A stretch of 64,000 nucleotides of DNA from Laetmonice hystrix. Taxonomy: Eukaryota. The stretch is taken from positions 39,124,001-39,188,000 of the forward strand of contig OZ249436.1 of assembly GCA_965235115.1 (NCBI GenBank), in the 5' to 3' direction. Shown in pieces: positions 39,444-52,758 of this stretch. The translations under genes were made by a program, and so were the position numbers. The notes beneath the pieces are model-generated. The model saw nothing but the letters and a program-made list of their open reading frames with translations. It had not been told where the DNA came from and did no database searches. How positions within the stretch are numbered: the stretch's first letter is position 1; every line of letters starts with the position of its first letter.

Positions 39444-40959
39444 ACACCATCAGGCAGATGAGGGGGTTTACCTTCTTGCCAAACCAGACGTTGATGGAAC
39501 ATAGCTGTAGTCCTATGACGCCTTGGTTCCAGAAATGTGACCCAGAAGAGGATTTCAACGCATGACTCCAACTTACAACGGCAATATCATTTCACGTCTA
39601 GCTCTATGTTAATTTCCACCCATTTCACTGATTTATTGATATTGTAGAGACAAAAGGCTTTGTTTTCAGTCAAGTAAATTACCTCTGATAACATGGTCGT
39701 CTTTGGTCTAAGTCTCTGTTTTTCAAACTATCAGCTTTTATCGCTATCTATAAGCAAACTCTACATGAGGTCACCGATGAAGGATGCTTTTGAACTCGTC
39801 AAAGGGCGATGGCTACATTGAGATATTCATAAATTTGGCAAAGCATAAACCACGTTACTACGTTTGCACCCAGTGGTTCACACCGTGATCAAAACAAGCG
39901 ATTTTGTAGTTTCTTGCACAGTCGGATTTCTTTGATTCGCGCCACTTAAATCCTATGAGTGCTGTTCTGGGAAATGTAAACCGAAACAGGAGAGGATTTC
40001 TAAGCGCGTTTTGAATGACTGGTGACTCACCTTCCTCTTGACTTATGTACAGTTTATTTTTGAAATAAATCCACATCTTTATGGGTGTTGTAAAAAAAAA
40101 GACTCGAATTTCAAGGATCTGAATGAACTACAAAACACTTACTGAATGCCATAAATATCCCCATTTTTTTTATTAAAGGAAATATGTCACGAGGATATCG
40201 ACCGAAATCTTTAATTTTCTGCTTACCTGCTCACCACTGACGTACTTTATGGCACCGATTGTTTTTCATATTGATTCTGTTAACACATACTACGAGTAGA
40301 CAGCTGTGAAATTCTCCATAATGTGGAAAAATGAATACAACTAGCTGCCTTCCGCAAAGTGCGATGAATCCGTCATTTAACTGAATAACAAATTAATAAA
40401 TAAACAAATAAATAAATATATAAGTAAAAAGAACAAACCTATAAAATGAAACCGGGTCTATAATGGCCAATCTGGCGATCGTTTTGAAAAGGGTGCAAAA
40501 CACAGTCGGCTGCAAATCCCGGGGTCTTGGAATCTAAGTGTGTCATTTTGAGTGACCGCATTAAGAATTGGCGATTTTTTTTTTACAAAATACCGGCCAA
40601 AGCTACATAAACAGGTAGGGGACCTTTGGGGCATATCGGTGAACCGCAATGCAGACATATTTTTGCTGAAACACGACGTATTATTTGAAATTCGTGACAA
40701 ATTACCTACATTACACAGATAATAAACCAGTTAGATCAGTGACATGGTCATTGTCAAGTGACCAACACACTCTGCTTATATGAGAAATGGTGACCTCAAA
40801 ATAGACTTAAGTGTAAATTTGGATTCAGGGAAGTAAGTCCTATATATCAATGGTCGTATTTCTGCTAAACATCCAACTGCTCTGTAGAGACAACATGTTT
40901 ATGTCCATTTCTCGAAACTTGAACTTTTGGACTTGCTTCCTTTTGTCATTTCACGGCAG

Positions 40960-42426
40960 TATAGGCTATGCTATATTGGCTTGAGCGACACGTATATTGT
41001 TACGCTCAATGAACTCAGGACCGGGCCAAATAGACTTTACATTATAGGACTTGGATTGAAAAAATAACAAAGATGTGAACGTGACATTTTCCAACCACAC
41101 CTTGTCGAACCACGCACCTGCGCCTGTGATTCCCGAGGAACGCTTAACAACTGGTACTTGAAAGGGAAACCTAATTTCTCACATCTGCACATATGATTTG
41201 TCATACGCTATAATTGCTGTTTGCAGTGCTGTGTAAGCCAGATTGGTTTCGGGGTGGGGCAATCTAGAGAGAACAAGTAAAGTGTGATGTTTCATCAGTT
41301 TGCTTGATGGCTATGTTCGTATTCTTTCTATAACAGTGTGCCATGAGTTGGCGTTTGGATCGATTAGATGTCACAGTATGATCTGTTACATTCGCACATA
41401 AATACCTGCAACAGACTTTTCGAGATTCTAAACTGCGGAGGGATCTGCGCGAATGTTGTGTGTCATGAGGTGCTCATCATTTCAATGTAAGTGGAACCCT
41501 CGGGAAATATTTATTCTAATAACAACACATTTAAATGTTTCTACTCTTGTTTTATTATAAATAATGGAATGTGAGGTATAACACATTGCCAACATTTTAA
41601 ACTTGTCCGTAAAATGGGAACGTGTTTATTGCCTGTTGAATTATTGTATGTAATTCATCCAAGACATCGTTGACGCCTAACGACCCTAGTGGCAAAATCG
41701 TGACGGATAAGGAAATCAAACGCCAAAGATGAAGCGCTGTTTCCGTCGCCTCATCCGTTCGCACTTATCAAGGTTTGTGCTTCAAAACAATAGCACACCA
41801 AGGCAACTTCCGAAATGTCTGAATTACTGAAGTGCTAAGCAGAAACAAGCGTACCCCTTTAAAGTACATACTTTAAACCACGAGGTGTGCTTAAAACCGG
41901 GCTTCCATGTGTACGTTTCCGTTATCCGTTTTTGGTTCAATCATTTATGGATATTTCCTGTGGGAGTATTTCCATGTTTGCTTTCATAGTCCGATTGTAC
42001 ACCTGAAAACGCTACCGTAGGAAATAGACTTAAACGATCGAATTGGGAACAGATAACGGAAACGTAGTACCCATGGAAACCCTGCTTTACTCCATCCTGC
42101 TGACAAGAAAACAACGCCCCCAGCACTGTCATCATACGATGAAACATAGCGTTTTCTTACCAGAAGAATAACTGAATTCGCGAATAGAGGTCCATGCTAC
42201 AGACACCGCCACAAGCGTTATAGGCATTAAGAACTCTTTACTGAAGGTGGTGGATATATTTCACCTGCCTGTTTTAAGGGAGGAACGGTGATCTTGCATG
42301 GTTCCCGAAGGTAGGGCCTAATCTATCATTAATATAGGGAAAACTTTCTTGTAGATGGACGAGCAATGTCAAGCGGTGAAGTATATGGAGGTTATAGAAG
42401 AGTTTTACCAGTTGGCAATCGGTAAC
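40960..42426 (+). pseudogene. Deleted relic of a third receptor paralog (upstream region joined to exon 4 end, intron 4 and first part of exon 5)
   Basis: 40960-41720 aligns to copy-1 upstream region ~21490-22203; 41721-42426 aligns to 55200-55890 / 23429-24317. ATG and exons 1-3 absent. Confidence 0.85.
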
Positions 42427-42889
42427 ATGTATGACTGTAATTGATGTTAGGTGACTATAATATTGTTCCTTGCGACAGTGGGCCAGTTTCGTCATGACGT
42501 AGTTCAAGTTGCGGGCGCTGCTGATGGGCGATTCGTATGTTCGCCGGTTAGGTACCTAGGGCCTTATCCACTGAGCTTACGGCCGGCCGATTTCATGTCC
42601 CGGCCGGCGCCGGCCCATCTGGAGCACGACCGGCCGACCGGCCGTGGTAGTGGATAAGGATGCCTGGACGCCGGCCTGCATATGTCACGGCGCCGGTCCG
42701 GCGCCGTGACCGCCGCCGGCTGAATTCAATTGATTGAATTTGACCGGGAGACCGGGACCGTTGCCGGCGGTGAGATGACCAAGAAATGTATAGTTATGGC
42801 TGCTGTCACTAAGCGGTAGGGGGTCGGTCATGTAACTTCTGCCTTGTCCATAGGCGACTGATTGCAACATGGCGGTGGAAGGAAGAAAA

Positions 42890-43960
42890 TAACTAGGCAA
42901 ACATGTCGTGGTTACCCACGTTGGATCCCATCCCCTGGATAGGGGATGGGATCTAGAAATAATTGTAGTCGGCGTAGCAAATAGTGGGTCGTATCTCTGT
43001 CGTTTATCAAGATATCTAACTCAAACTTGGTGGACATATTGATAGTCATGAAATGTGATCCGACAATGAGTCATGGCGTCATATGACGTAACGTCATGAC
43101 GTCATTCGTGTTCTGGCTAGATGATGAACTGATGACTCTGTCAGAATTGGGCAAGGACCTAATTCATATTTTGCAAATATTTGACCTTTGACCTTTGACA
43201 TGTCTGAAAGCTGGGTCAAAGGTCAGAAAATGCTTAAATCCCTACTTCTTCCTTAATTTTCGTTAAAATGTTGGTCTCTAACGAGAGCTTCAAAGGAATC
43301 CCCCCCTGCTACAATTGATGTGACCTATATTCACTGAGTCACGTGACCTAAAATTTTGAACAGTGGTCAATATAGAGGTTATAACTAAGAAACGGTGCCA
43401 GATAGGGCCATAGTTACTATTTACCACGAATAGGAAGTCATGCCTGCTCTTTCAACTGACGCCAAGTTTGATGACGTAGAGTGACGTATGACGTCATAAT
43501 GACGTCATCAATATTTTTTAAGGCCATAATGACGTCATCAATATTTTCTAAGGCCATAACTCCTAAACGGTGAGAGATAAGCCATGGTTACTATTAAACA
43601 TGAATAGGAAGTCATACATGCTCTTTCAATTGACACCAACATTTATTAGGTAGCGTGACGTATGACGTCCTAATGACGTCATTAGTATCTTCTATGACCT
43701 ATAACTCGAAAACGGTGATAGGGATAGGGCCATAGTTACTATTAAACGTGAATAGGAAGTCATACATGCTCTTTCAATTGCCCTTAAGATTCATGACGTC
43801 GCGTGAAAGACGATGTCATAATGGCGTCATCAATATATTCTAAGGTATATAACTCGTAAATGGTGGGAGATAAAGCCATGGTTTCTAATGGGACTCTAAG
43901 TTCTATTACGCAAATACTCTTCCAATGGGGGCGGCTTCTTCATGTGCTAACGCGTATCCA
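42890..43960. mobile_element. Helitron/Helentron-like non-autonomous element with internal ~147-bp tandem array
   Basis: Unit anchor gttactat/gtttctaat at 43413, 43587, 43735, 43881; tgacctttgacctttgac motif at ~43183. Boundaries and class are tentative. Confidence 0.5.
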
Positions 43961-44893
43961 CGGTGTCATCAGATTGGTTCAATAGGGGTCCAGATGGGTT
44001 GGCAAAGGAATGGTCCTTATGACTGGTAATATTGATATTATATTGTTGTTTTAAATTTGCATTGCCATGTCGTCCATTGGATGAGCTGAAACGATGGAGC
44101 TTGGTCTTGGATTCGTTATGGTGGGCCGTCTTCAGGAAGATAACGGGGTCGTCGATGTCAGAATATGATTGGTGCCACGGAGATGTCGCAAGGAGTCTGG
44201 GCGTCGGTGTGAAAGGGTTGACTCCCGGCCCCTGGTGAGGTCAACGCGATTGGAAGGAACACGGAATGCTTGGGGTGGTTGCAGATGGCCATTCCGCCCC
44301 GCAAGGGGGTGGAATCAAGACCTGCGACAAGTTGGTGGGAGTGAGCGGGTGTCTCCCTAGGTAGCAAAATCTGGATAGAAAACCATGACACAATCCTGCC
44401 GGACAAGGCTGACTCCTGCGGATGGGAGTCGCGTGCATCGGACATCCCAGCTAGTGACTAGGGGACATTATGTCGCTAGTTGCTGTGAAGAACGATTGAC
44501 TATGATTTAGAGATATACCAATGAGAAACACCAACGTACAGTGTGTATACGCGGTGTTTTACTGCTGAAAGAATATCATCGTAGTCGCCTTTACGCTTTT
44601 CCAGGTTTTTTTTCCTAACAGTGGGTTTTATCCCTGGTTTTTAGTGCGGGGGTTGAGATCGCCTGACGTTTCAGGCTATTAAGAGCCAGGTGACAGGTAA
44701 GGGTCTAAGTTCATGGATGATAATTTTCAATTAAATGAACTTGCTAGGTGAAGTTTGATGTTAATTCTACCGTTGGTCCGTCGCGAGACGTGGAAAGCAT
44801 GTGATGAGCGTCACTATGGATTGTAACGTACTGTAAGGTAGCTCTTGTGGATTGGATAAAGTATAATGTTGGTGTTTAACAACCCTAATATAT

Positions 44894-45198
44894 GTGATAC
44901 AGTTTGGGGTTGGTGTCCCAGTTTCGGGTTAGTGTTCCAGTGATGCAGTTGGGGTTGATATCCGAGTATACGGTTTGGTGTTTCAGTGATACAGTTTGGG
45001 GTTGGTGTCCCAGTATACGGTTTGGTGTTTCAGTGATACAGTTTGGGGTTGGTGTCCCAGTATACGGTTTGGTGTTTCAGTGATACAGTTTGGGGTTGGT
45101 GTCCCAGTATACGGTTTGGTGTTCCAGTGATACAGTTTGGGGTTGGTGTCCCAGTATACGGTTTGGTGTTCCAGTGATACAGTTTGGGGTTGGTGTCC
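44894..45198. repeat. 47-bp minisatellite, ~6.5 copies
   Basis: gtgatacagtttggggttggtgtcccagtatacggtttggtgtttca at 44894, 44940, 44986, 45033, 45080, 45127, 45174. Confidence 0.93.
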
Positions 45199-45530
45199 AT
45201 GGATACCTCGTCGGTTCCCCGGCGGATTCAGTTGGCTTTGGGTTCATATCACACGATGTGTCCTGTTAGATTGTTGACTGAGTTTTTGAGTGTCAGGGGT
45301 TCGGTGCCAGGTCCGTTGTTTGCCGGCCCTGGTGGGTCCCCGTCCGGGTTGTTGGCTTACTTAAGCCTTTTATGGCATGTGGGATGGACACGACTCATTT
45401 CAAGGGCCATAGTTTCAGGATAGGAGCCGCCTCTGAAGCGGCCAGGGCGGGGTACTCAGATGCCCAGATCAGTCTGTTGGGTAGATGGCGGTCAGACGCT
45501 TTTCGTAAATACATTCGCCTTCTGTTTTAG
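45199..45530 (+). mobile_element. Tyrosine recombinase remnant of a DIRS/Ngaro-type retrotransposon
   Basis: CPVRLL.EFL.VRG..PGPLF, then after a frame break (45372-45530) FKGHSFRIGAASEAARAGYSDAQISLLGRWRSDAFRKYIR: H..R, W and catalytic Y motifs. Confidence 0.85.
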
Positions 45531-47554
45531 GGGTTGGGCCCAGGTTCCTTTGGTCACCTGTTTGGCCGTAGGGCCCAACAAATAATGATGGTTCTCGGTT
45601 CTGCCCGTAGCCACGGGGAACTAGAACTAAGAAGACTTACGTTATGGACAAGAAATTTATATCCTGGCCCTTTCCCGTAGCCACGGGAGGGCGAGAAGGA
45701 CATTGACATTAAATCACTTGAGCAGATTTCCCGCATCGATTTACCCTTTCCCGAAGTTTCGGGGGGGGGGGGGGGGGACAAGACAATGTGTAACATGGAT
45801 TAATATTCAACAGCGAGAAACTGCAATGTTTAGTGAAATAAAAATTCTACAAATTGGGAGTGCGAGTTATTGTGCTGAAATATTTTTTTATACATGCATA
45901 TACATACAGCATAATGCATCCTTCCTCTCTACCCATACTTCAAATGTAGCTGCATTAACCATGGCAGAAGTGGAATTCAGCACTGCACCAGTTAAAAAAG
46001 GCCCAAGTTAGATGCGTGCATATTTTGCAAGCAAACGTTCAGCCTCACTGATCCCGCAGTGACTGAACAATTGTTATTATAACAAAGTTTGTCCCGGAGT
46101 AACACCTGGTTGTGGAAACTGATAGCAAGTCATTTATTAAAGAAGTACTGAATTTAGATGGTTTAATGGTTACCAGATTGTAACAACAGCTAACATTTTA
46201 TGATATTTCAAAGAAACATGCTGCGGTCTATCGTTTGATTGATTGCATATCCAAATCTACCATATGTCATTCAGGGGTGTTGAATTATTTCCTGATTTGG
46301 AAAAAAATTTAAAAATGAAACGGCTGCCATGGAAACGCCAATGACAAAATTTGTCCATCAAATAGAGCTATGCATCAGCCAGTTCAATAACCTCCCACTT
46401 CTAGGATATCAAGTGGTATATGTCATTCTGTGTTAGTTTTTACAGTAACGCGTTCAATTTTTCAAGCCGTCCTGCCGTCAGCACTCTGAATGGCGTGGCA
46501 TCTAATCAATCAAAACCACCTGGCAGAAACATTTCAGAAACTTTCACACAGAGCAGGTTGTATTTAATTATTAAATTAAATTTTCTGCATGGTGTTCGGT
46601 GATAATAACAGAGCTTGTGATGTTTCGGCAGCCTGCGTTACTGCTATAGTTTAGGTGCTAGGTGTCATGTTGACGGAGCACAGGCCACTTCTTGCCGGCC
46701 TCCACCCTGACTGGTGGCTAATTTCATCAAACTTAGTTCCATTCTGATAAAATGTGTCAAAAGAGAGTCTGACAGCTCACCATTTGATTGACAAATGTCA
46801 CGTCATCAGCACCAGCCCTGCCTAAGACGTGCAGTACTACGTTAACTGCCCTGATTCCGCATTGCATTTCATGTTGACGGAGCACAGGCCACAGGCACAG
46901 GCCACAGGACGTCAAGAAGAAAGTGTGGCCGTTTTTTAGCCCCACCCAATAGATATTACGAAATACTCTTTGGCTATGCAGTCTGAAACAGCTAGGTCAA
47001 GATTAAAGAAGGCTAGGCCTTTTTCAGAATATACTAACAATTTCTACTGAATGAATAGATGCCTTATAATGTAAACTGAAGACTTGTAACCAAGAAAATC
47101 ATGATTTTTCAGAATACATACTGACAATTTCTACTAAATGAATAGATGCATTATACACATCAACTGAGAATAAGCTAAAGTACCCGGCAGTCTAAAAAAC
47201 ACCATTTATATCATTCATCATATCATCATACTTGTACATTCTTTCATTTTCGTAATCATTTACTTTAGTTTTAACCATTTATGTAGAGAAATACATGTAC
47301 TTATAAATGTAGATATATGATCAATATCTCATAGCAACATAAATTACCAAACTGTTTATATTTATTTTTATTTCAGTTATGGTTACTGCCACCTTCAACA
47401 GAATATTCAAAAATGTCCAGATATAAATGTACATTTGTGTATACAGTATGCATCTTTAACATATAAGGGATGTTGTAAGGTCACAAAATAACATACTAAT
47501 ACCAATATACTACTACTAGCTTTGGCATCATTTCAGACCATGTTGTGGCCATTC

Positions 47555-48400
47555 TACCAGCCTTAACATCATCATGTGTGGCTGTATGACTGAATAAACT
47601 TAAGCAAGGTCCCGGACTAAAGTAAGAAGTATCACATCATGAAGAAAATTCTTGATCCGCGCTGACTCCCAACAACGCCCCCTCCTTATTTTTTGCAGTG
47701 TCCATAGAGCCCGATCATAATTTGTTGGTCACAGTTGGGACACTACAAACGTTTCATTGACAAACTATTCATACCTTTCATAATGCTTGCAGACAAGCAC
47801 TTGTAAAATTAACATTGTACATGTTGACACATTAATGTTTGAAAAATAAATATAAAATAAGGTGTTTCTATATCACTGCCAAACTACCCTACATAACCAC
47901 AACCCAAAGTCAGCCATACATGAGCTAAATGTAGCTGTTCTGTAGGTCTCATGACACAATACAAATGACAGAAAAAAAAGAACACTTGCAAACTTTTCTT
48001 ATGGAGTACTTTTCTATGTCCATCCTCTAATCTACATACAATGTTTGAGTATTATGCAGACCTTGCATTGAGAGAGATCTATCTGTTGTCTGTCTTGCAT
48101 CAATATACATGCACAAAATACATGTATGAAAAATAAATAAACGATAAAGTGCTTAAATATATAAATCATTGATAAGTCACCCATACATGTAGGTCAGCCT
48201 ACCAGCCTTAAACATCATCATGTGTTCCTGCATGACTGAATAAACTTAAACAGGACAAGGTCCCTGACCAAATTCTTGATCTGAACTGACTAGTCAGAAA
48301 CTTGTCACCATTTTAGATTTGTTTTGTAGTGTCCCTTGTGTGATACCAATTTGTTGGTCACCTACGAACGTTTCACTCACAAACTATTCATTCAACTTGG
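47555..48400. repeat. Degenerate ~640-bp-period direct duplication
   Basis: taccagcctta(a)acatcatcatgtg..tgactgaataaactta at ~47555 and ~48200, similarity continuing to aaactattcat. Confidence 0.65.
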
Positions 48401-50538
48401 TTGAAGATCAAATGCTTGAAAATTAACCAAATGCAACGGCGCAACAGCATTCAATGAAAGATGTCATAAAAATAAGGAATAAAAAAAAAAGATAATTGCA
48501 AAGGCGGATCCAGAGGGGGCACAGGGGGCACGTGCCCCCTCCCTTTAGCTTCACTAATTATAGGACTACACGGCTATAGCCTACTCATTTTTAATTAATT
48601 TTAACACTGACGGTGTGTCTCAGGGAAACCCCGAGCTATTATGTAGGTCTATACCTCGAAAACTCTCATTCAAGAGCATGAGCTTTAATTAGTAATGCAA
48701 ACAATCATGAATTACTTTTCATATGGATCTGATCATGATCTGAGATTAGCAGCCGGCTACTCATTTCCAGTTAGTCCTTCCAAACTAAATATAATTGATC
48801 AAAACGCCACACAGTGATCCACAATGCTGCCATCATAGTACCCTATACATTTGATGGAAACTGCAGGCTGCTAAACCTGGAAATTGTTCCAGGTATATAC
48901 ACTTCTTTAGCAAGTAGAAAAAAAAATAATTTTCAAACCTATGAGTGGGCAGATTTTTTTTTTTTTTTTTTTTTTTTTTGGTTGGGGGGTGGGGGGGTTC
49001 CAAGTCATAAGCTAAAAACTAATGGAGTCAATTCTGGCGGGAACGTGTATCAGATGGAGGTAGAGCTAGTCGTCGGGTAACAGTCAGTCAGTGCGCAATT
49101 CCAACCACACCTTTGATGAATAATAAACATCGGAGTCCGTGATGTAGGTACAGGGGAGCAAAATCAGATTTGACCAGAGGGTTGGTATAGGCCCCCTATA
49201 GCTACTTAAAAGAGAACACTAATTAGCCTCTTATTTCTTTTGTCACTTACGACAGTAACTTAGTGTACAAAAATGTGGGTCTATAGTCCCTATCAAGGTT
49301 GCCACCCTTTTTACTATTTCTCATGCTTGGCCAAAGATGGTATAGATCTATTAATGCCTTAAACCCGAGGGGGCGCAACCCAGGTGTGTTTGGCTCAGAT
49401 CAAAGTATAGGCCTAATTTTCAGGAGCCTTTGATCCTTTTAGGTCACCAGCAAAAGTCGTGTGTGTGTAGGGGGGGGGGGGGGTGGCATGCCCTCCCCCC
49501 TCCCCCCGCCCTGGGCAGCGGCGCCCCTGCACTGACCAAATATGTACTTGATATATTTATTTTATTGTCTTTATAAAATGTCATACTACCACGCGACCGA
49601 ACTATTATGGCGGCCATGTGCATTGTCCTAGCTGAGGAGACGTCGATCTTCGCTCACTGGGGGGGGGGGGGGGGGGTTCTCGGCCGACCACTTCTGTAAA
49701 ACTTGTCTTATCTGCTGTTTCTTGGTACTTCGCCCATACCCGCCGAACGGCAGCAGTGAAACCTTCTGGCAATATTTTGGACCGATAGACTCTACACCTT
49801 TCTCTCTGAGGCAGACGATTCCTCCCCGCTCATTCGGGAATCCTCGGCCATATCTTCGAAAGTAGCCTCGGGTGAAATAGGCACCATTTTGAGCATTGCA
49901 TCGCGGGTACATTTAACAGGGACTCTCGCCAGCATGGCAGTGCTTGCAGTATTTTGTCTGCATCAGGCATGGAAGCAACTAAATTAGGCCTACAGTGCTT
50001 TCCCCGAAGTCAGTGATGGGCAATATTACGATAGTATCGTGTTCATGATACAACTTGAATTACAAGTAGTCCTACCATGTGCATGTGTCGTTCATGGGCG
50101 CGGCCATATTGCTTCCCATAATTTGATAAATTACCGTATTGACGCCCATTTAGGTAAGTTAGGTGATTCATTTTTCTTCTTAAAACGTTCCCCTTTATAC
50201 CAGAAATTTATATTTGCACACACAACGCCGAAGGAGCAGGTGTCAATAATGCACTACTTCCTGGCTCGATGGGATATGACGGTTCACTCAGTGCCTCGCT
50301 ACACACCTCCATTTGGCCATGTATCCGGTTGCCAAACATGGCCGCTAATCCACCCGAGGGTATATTCGAATAGCAGGAAGTGACGTCATATGTCCGAGGG
50401 AGTCCCGAATGCTCCCCGCTATGCATTTTGTCAGATCTCGTACTGTTGGCATGGTGACACCAAAAGCGAACGTCCTTCTGCACTCGGACCAAGCTGTCCG
50501 TACTACCTGTATTTTTATACAACAAACCTCGACAAATA

Positions 50539-51025
50539 GGTAAGGTCAAATCTAAAAGTTAAATGGGTGTTAACGCTAGGTATTAAGAAAGTGTTCTGCT
50601 AATCCAAAATTTGACCTTGTCCTGGGTGTTTACTTAACACTGAGTTAACACTGTCTCAACAACGTGTTAACACCTAAACACACCTTGTAAACACCTAGAT
50701 AACTCAGGTGTCCCCTTAATCTCAGTAAGGTCCCAGGTGTCTATACCTATACCTAAAGTGTTAACCGCCTGTGGGTTAACACCTGAGACAGGTCAAAACT
50801 CAGAGTGAAGCTTATTCCTTATTCCACTGGTGGGAGTAGCAGGTGATGACATGAAATGTGACTGATGTGTCAGCTAAGTGTTACCTGAGTTTGATCTAAG
50901 TGTTAACTAGGTGCTATCAAAATGTTAACTGGAGCCTGGTGTTAAAGGTGCAGGTTAACACTTTTTCTTGAGTTAATACCTGGATAACCCAGGCGTAGAG
51001 TTAACTCTCAGATTTGACCTCACCA
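50539..51025. mobile_element. MITE-like element rich in gttaac(ac) motifs
   Basis: TIR ggtaaggtcaaatct / agatttgacctcacc. Confidence 0.55.
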
Positions 51026-51876
51026 ATGTGAATGTAACAGCACGCGGTTGAACGTGCGCCTCTGGTTGTACAGAGCAGAGCACTGCTAAAGAGTGCATGT
51101 TGCAATATACGAGCTCGACGAAAACGACGTCGGGATCATTTATGAAGCTAAACGAGGATGGTTGTAGTAGGGAAATCTTTAAGTCAGTAAACTTACTTCG
51201 TTATCAGATCCATTACTGAATCGACGTAAGAGGTTCAATGTTTACCCCAGGAACTCTATGACAACCATATTGGTTCCTATCCATAAAATCATGCGCAGTT
51301 GGTACAGGAATTGGAGGAAAGGAAATGACGAGGCGCGGAGGAGGGTATAAATACAAGCAAACGGTAAAGGTTGAGTCCTCAACATCTGTCGACACGAAGT
51401 GAACGAACGTCCCACCTCCACCCCGACTCCTCCGTCTTCGTCTTTTATGCAGAATATTCATCTACGATGATTTAGCTGTATTTTGCGGGGGCTTATGTGC
51501 TGGGCAGGGTTAAGGGGAGGGATACTCGGGGTCAGTGTGGTCTGCCCGGGTTTTGGGGGTTCTCTGGGAGGGTTGTCTGGGTTACTTGATTCTGCCCATG
51601 TTGTCTCCACCTAATAAGGCAGAACAGTAATTTCTATCCTACGTATATGGATTTAAGTACAACTATATATACAGATTCATAAAGTGTTGATTGTTATTAT
51701 CCAATGTAATTAATTATTCAACTTCATTGTGTAGTCTCCACGACGGGGTTCAACCTTTGTATAGGGTCCTCTTAGTGGGGATCGACGGGTTACAATGTAA
51801 ATAAAATGTAACCTACAATACCATCCTCCTCTCCGAGTTTTGACTTCATACATACTGTTGACGGACCTGGACGAGC

Positions 51877-52210
51877 ATCAATAAACAGCGAAGTGAGCGA
51901 ACTGAACGAACTGAGCGGACTCAGATCAATTAGTCGTGCTACAAGCCAGTGACTTCAGGTATGACGTCACAGCCGAAAGTTATTGCCTATTTTAACAACA
52001 ATTTTGGGATTAAACTAACACTAACCCGAGGCCTAACCTTTACCCTAACCCAAACACACTGTTTCGTGTAGTAATTAGTCAAACTAATTTAGGTCGACTG
52101 TTTCCGTGTTGCTGTCAATAGGCAGTCCCTATGGGGAATCCCCCCAGGCATAACTAGACCATCTCAGTTCGCTCTGTTCGTTCAGTTCGTTCAGTTCACT
52201 GTTTATTGAT
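51877..52210. mobile_element. MITE-like element with (gaactgaac) subterminal repeats and internal taaccc motifs
   Basis: TIR atcaataaacag / ctgtttattgat with mirrored subterminal repeats. Confidence 0.6.
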
Positions 52211-52758
52211 CCCCGACGTGGGCAGGTAGCCTGACGCCGCCCGTGTAGTATAAAGGCCGCCGGTCGTTGGTTCCAGACTCTAAACTGCGGCAGATCCTAG
52301 AGTCCACAGCACCTGTTGGATACATGACATTGTGTCTCTTTATCATCGATTGGACGCGAAAGATGAAGTAAGTTAACGTATGAGGGGTGTGTCTTGTGTT
52401 GCAACAGCATTTGGCCTGGTCAGGGCCGGATCCAGGATTTTTTTTTTTTTTTTTTTTTTTGGGGGGGGGGGGGCAGGTGTATGGGTGGATGAATGGATCC
52501 ATATAGATACCTGACATGGGCAAGGGTCACTCAGGCCCCCTGTGGCCCCCTAAATCCGCCACTGCTGGTAGTACGATTATAGTCTATAATATGCAAGGAA
52601 CAAATGTGAGTGTGCTCCTTTAACTTTTAATTGTGTAGGAACAAATTTAAAGAAAACAACATTATTTAAATTCGACAAAGAAACAAATTTAATCCAGGCG
52701 TTTGAAGATTGATGTGGTTTTCTATTTTTTAGGTACTTCTCACAACAGCGACAGTAGA

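Noticed and set aside
44032..44500. GC-rich stretch as possible gag/RT of the YR retroelement
   Set aside because: No recognisable motif in any frame I read; cannot support.
44894..45198. Regular repeats here, at 6133-6411 and at 25103-25252 as possible CRISPR arrays
   Set aside because: Head-to-tail units with no unique spacers, no cas genes, eukaryotic context.
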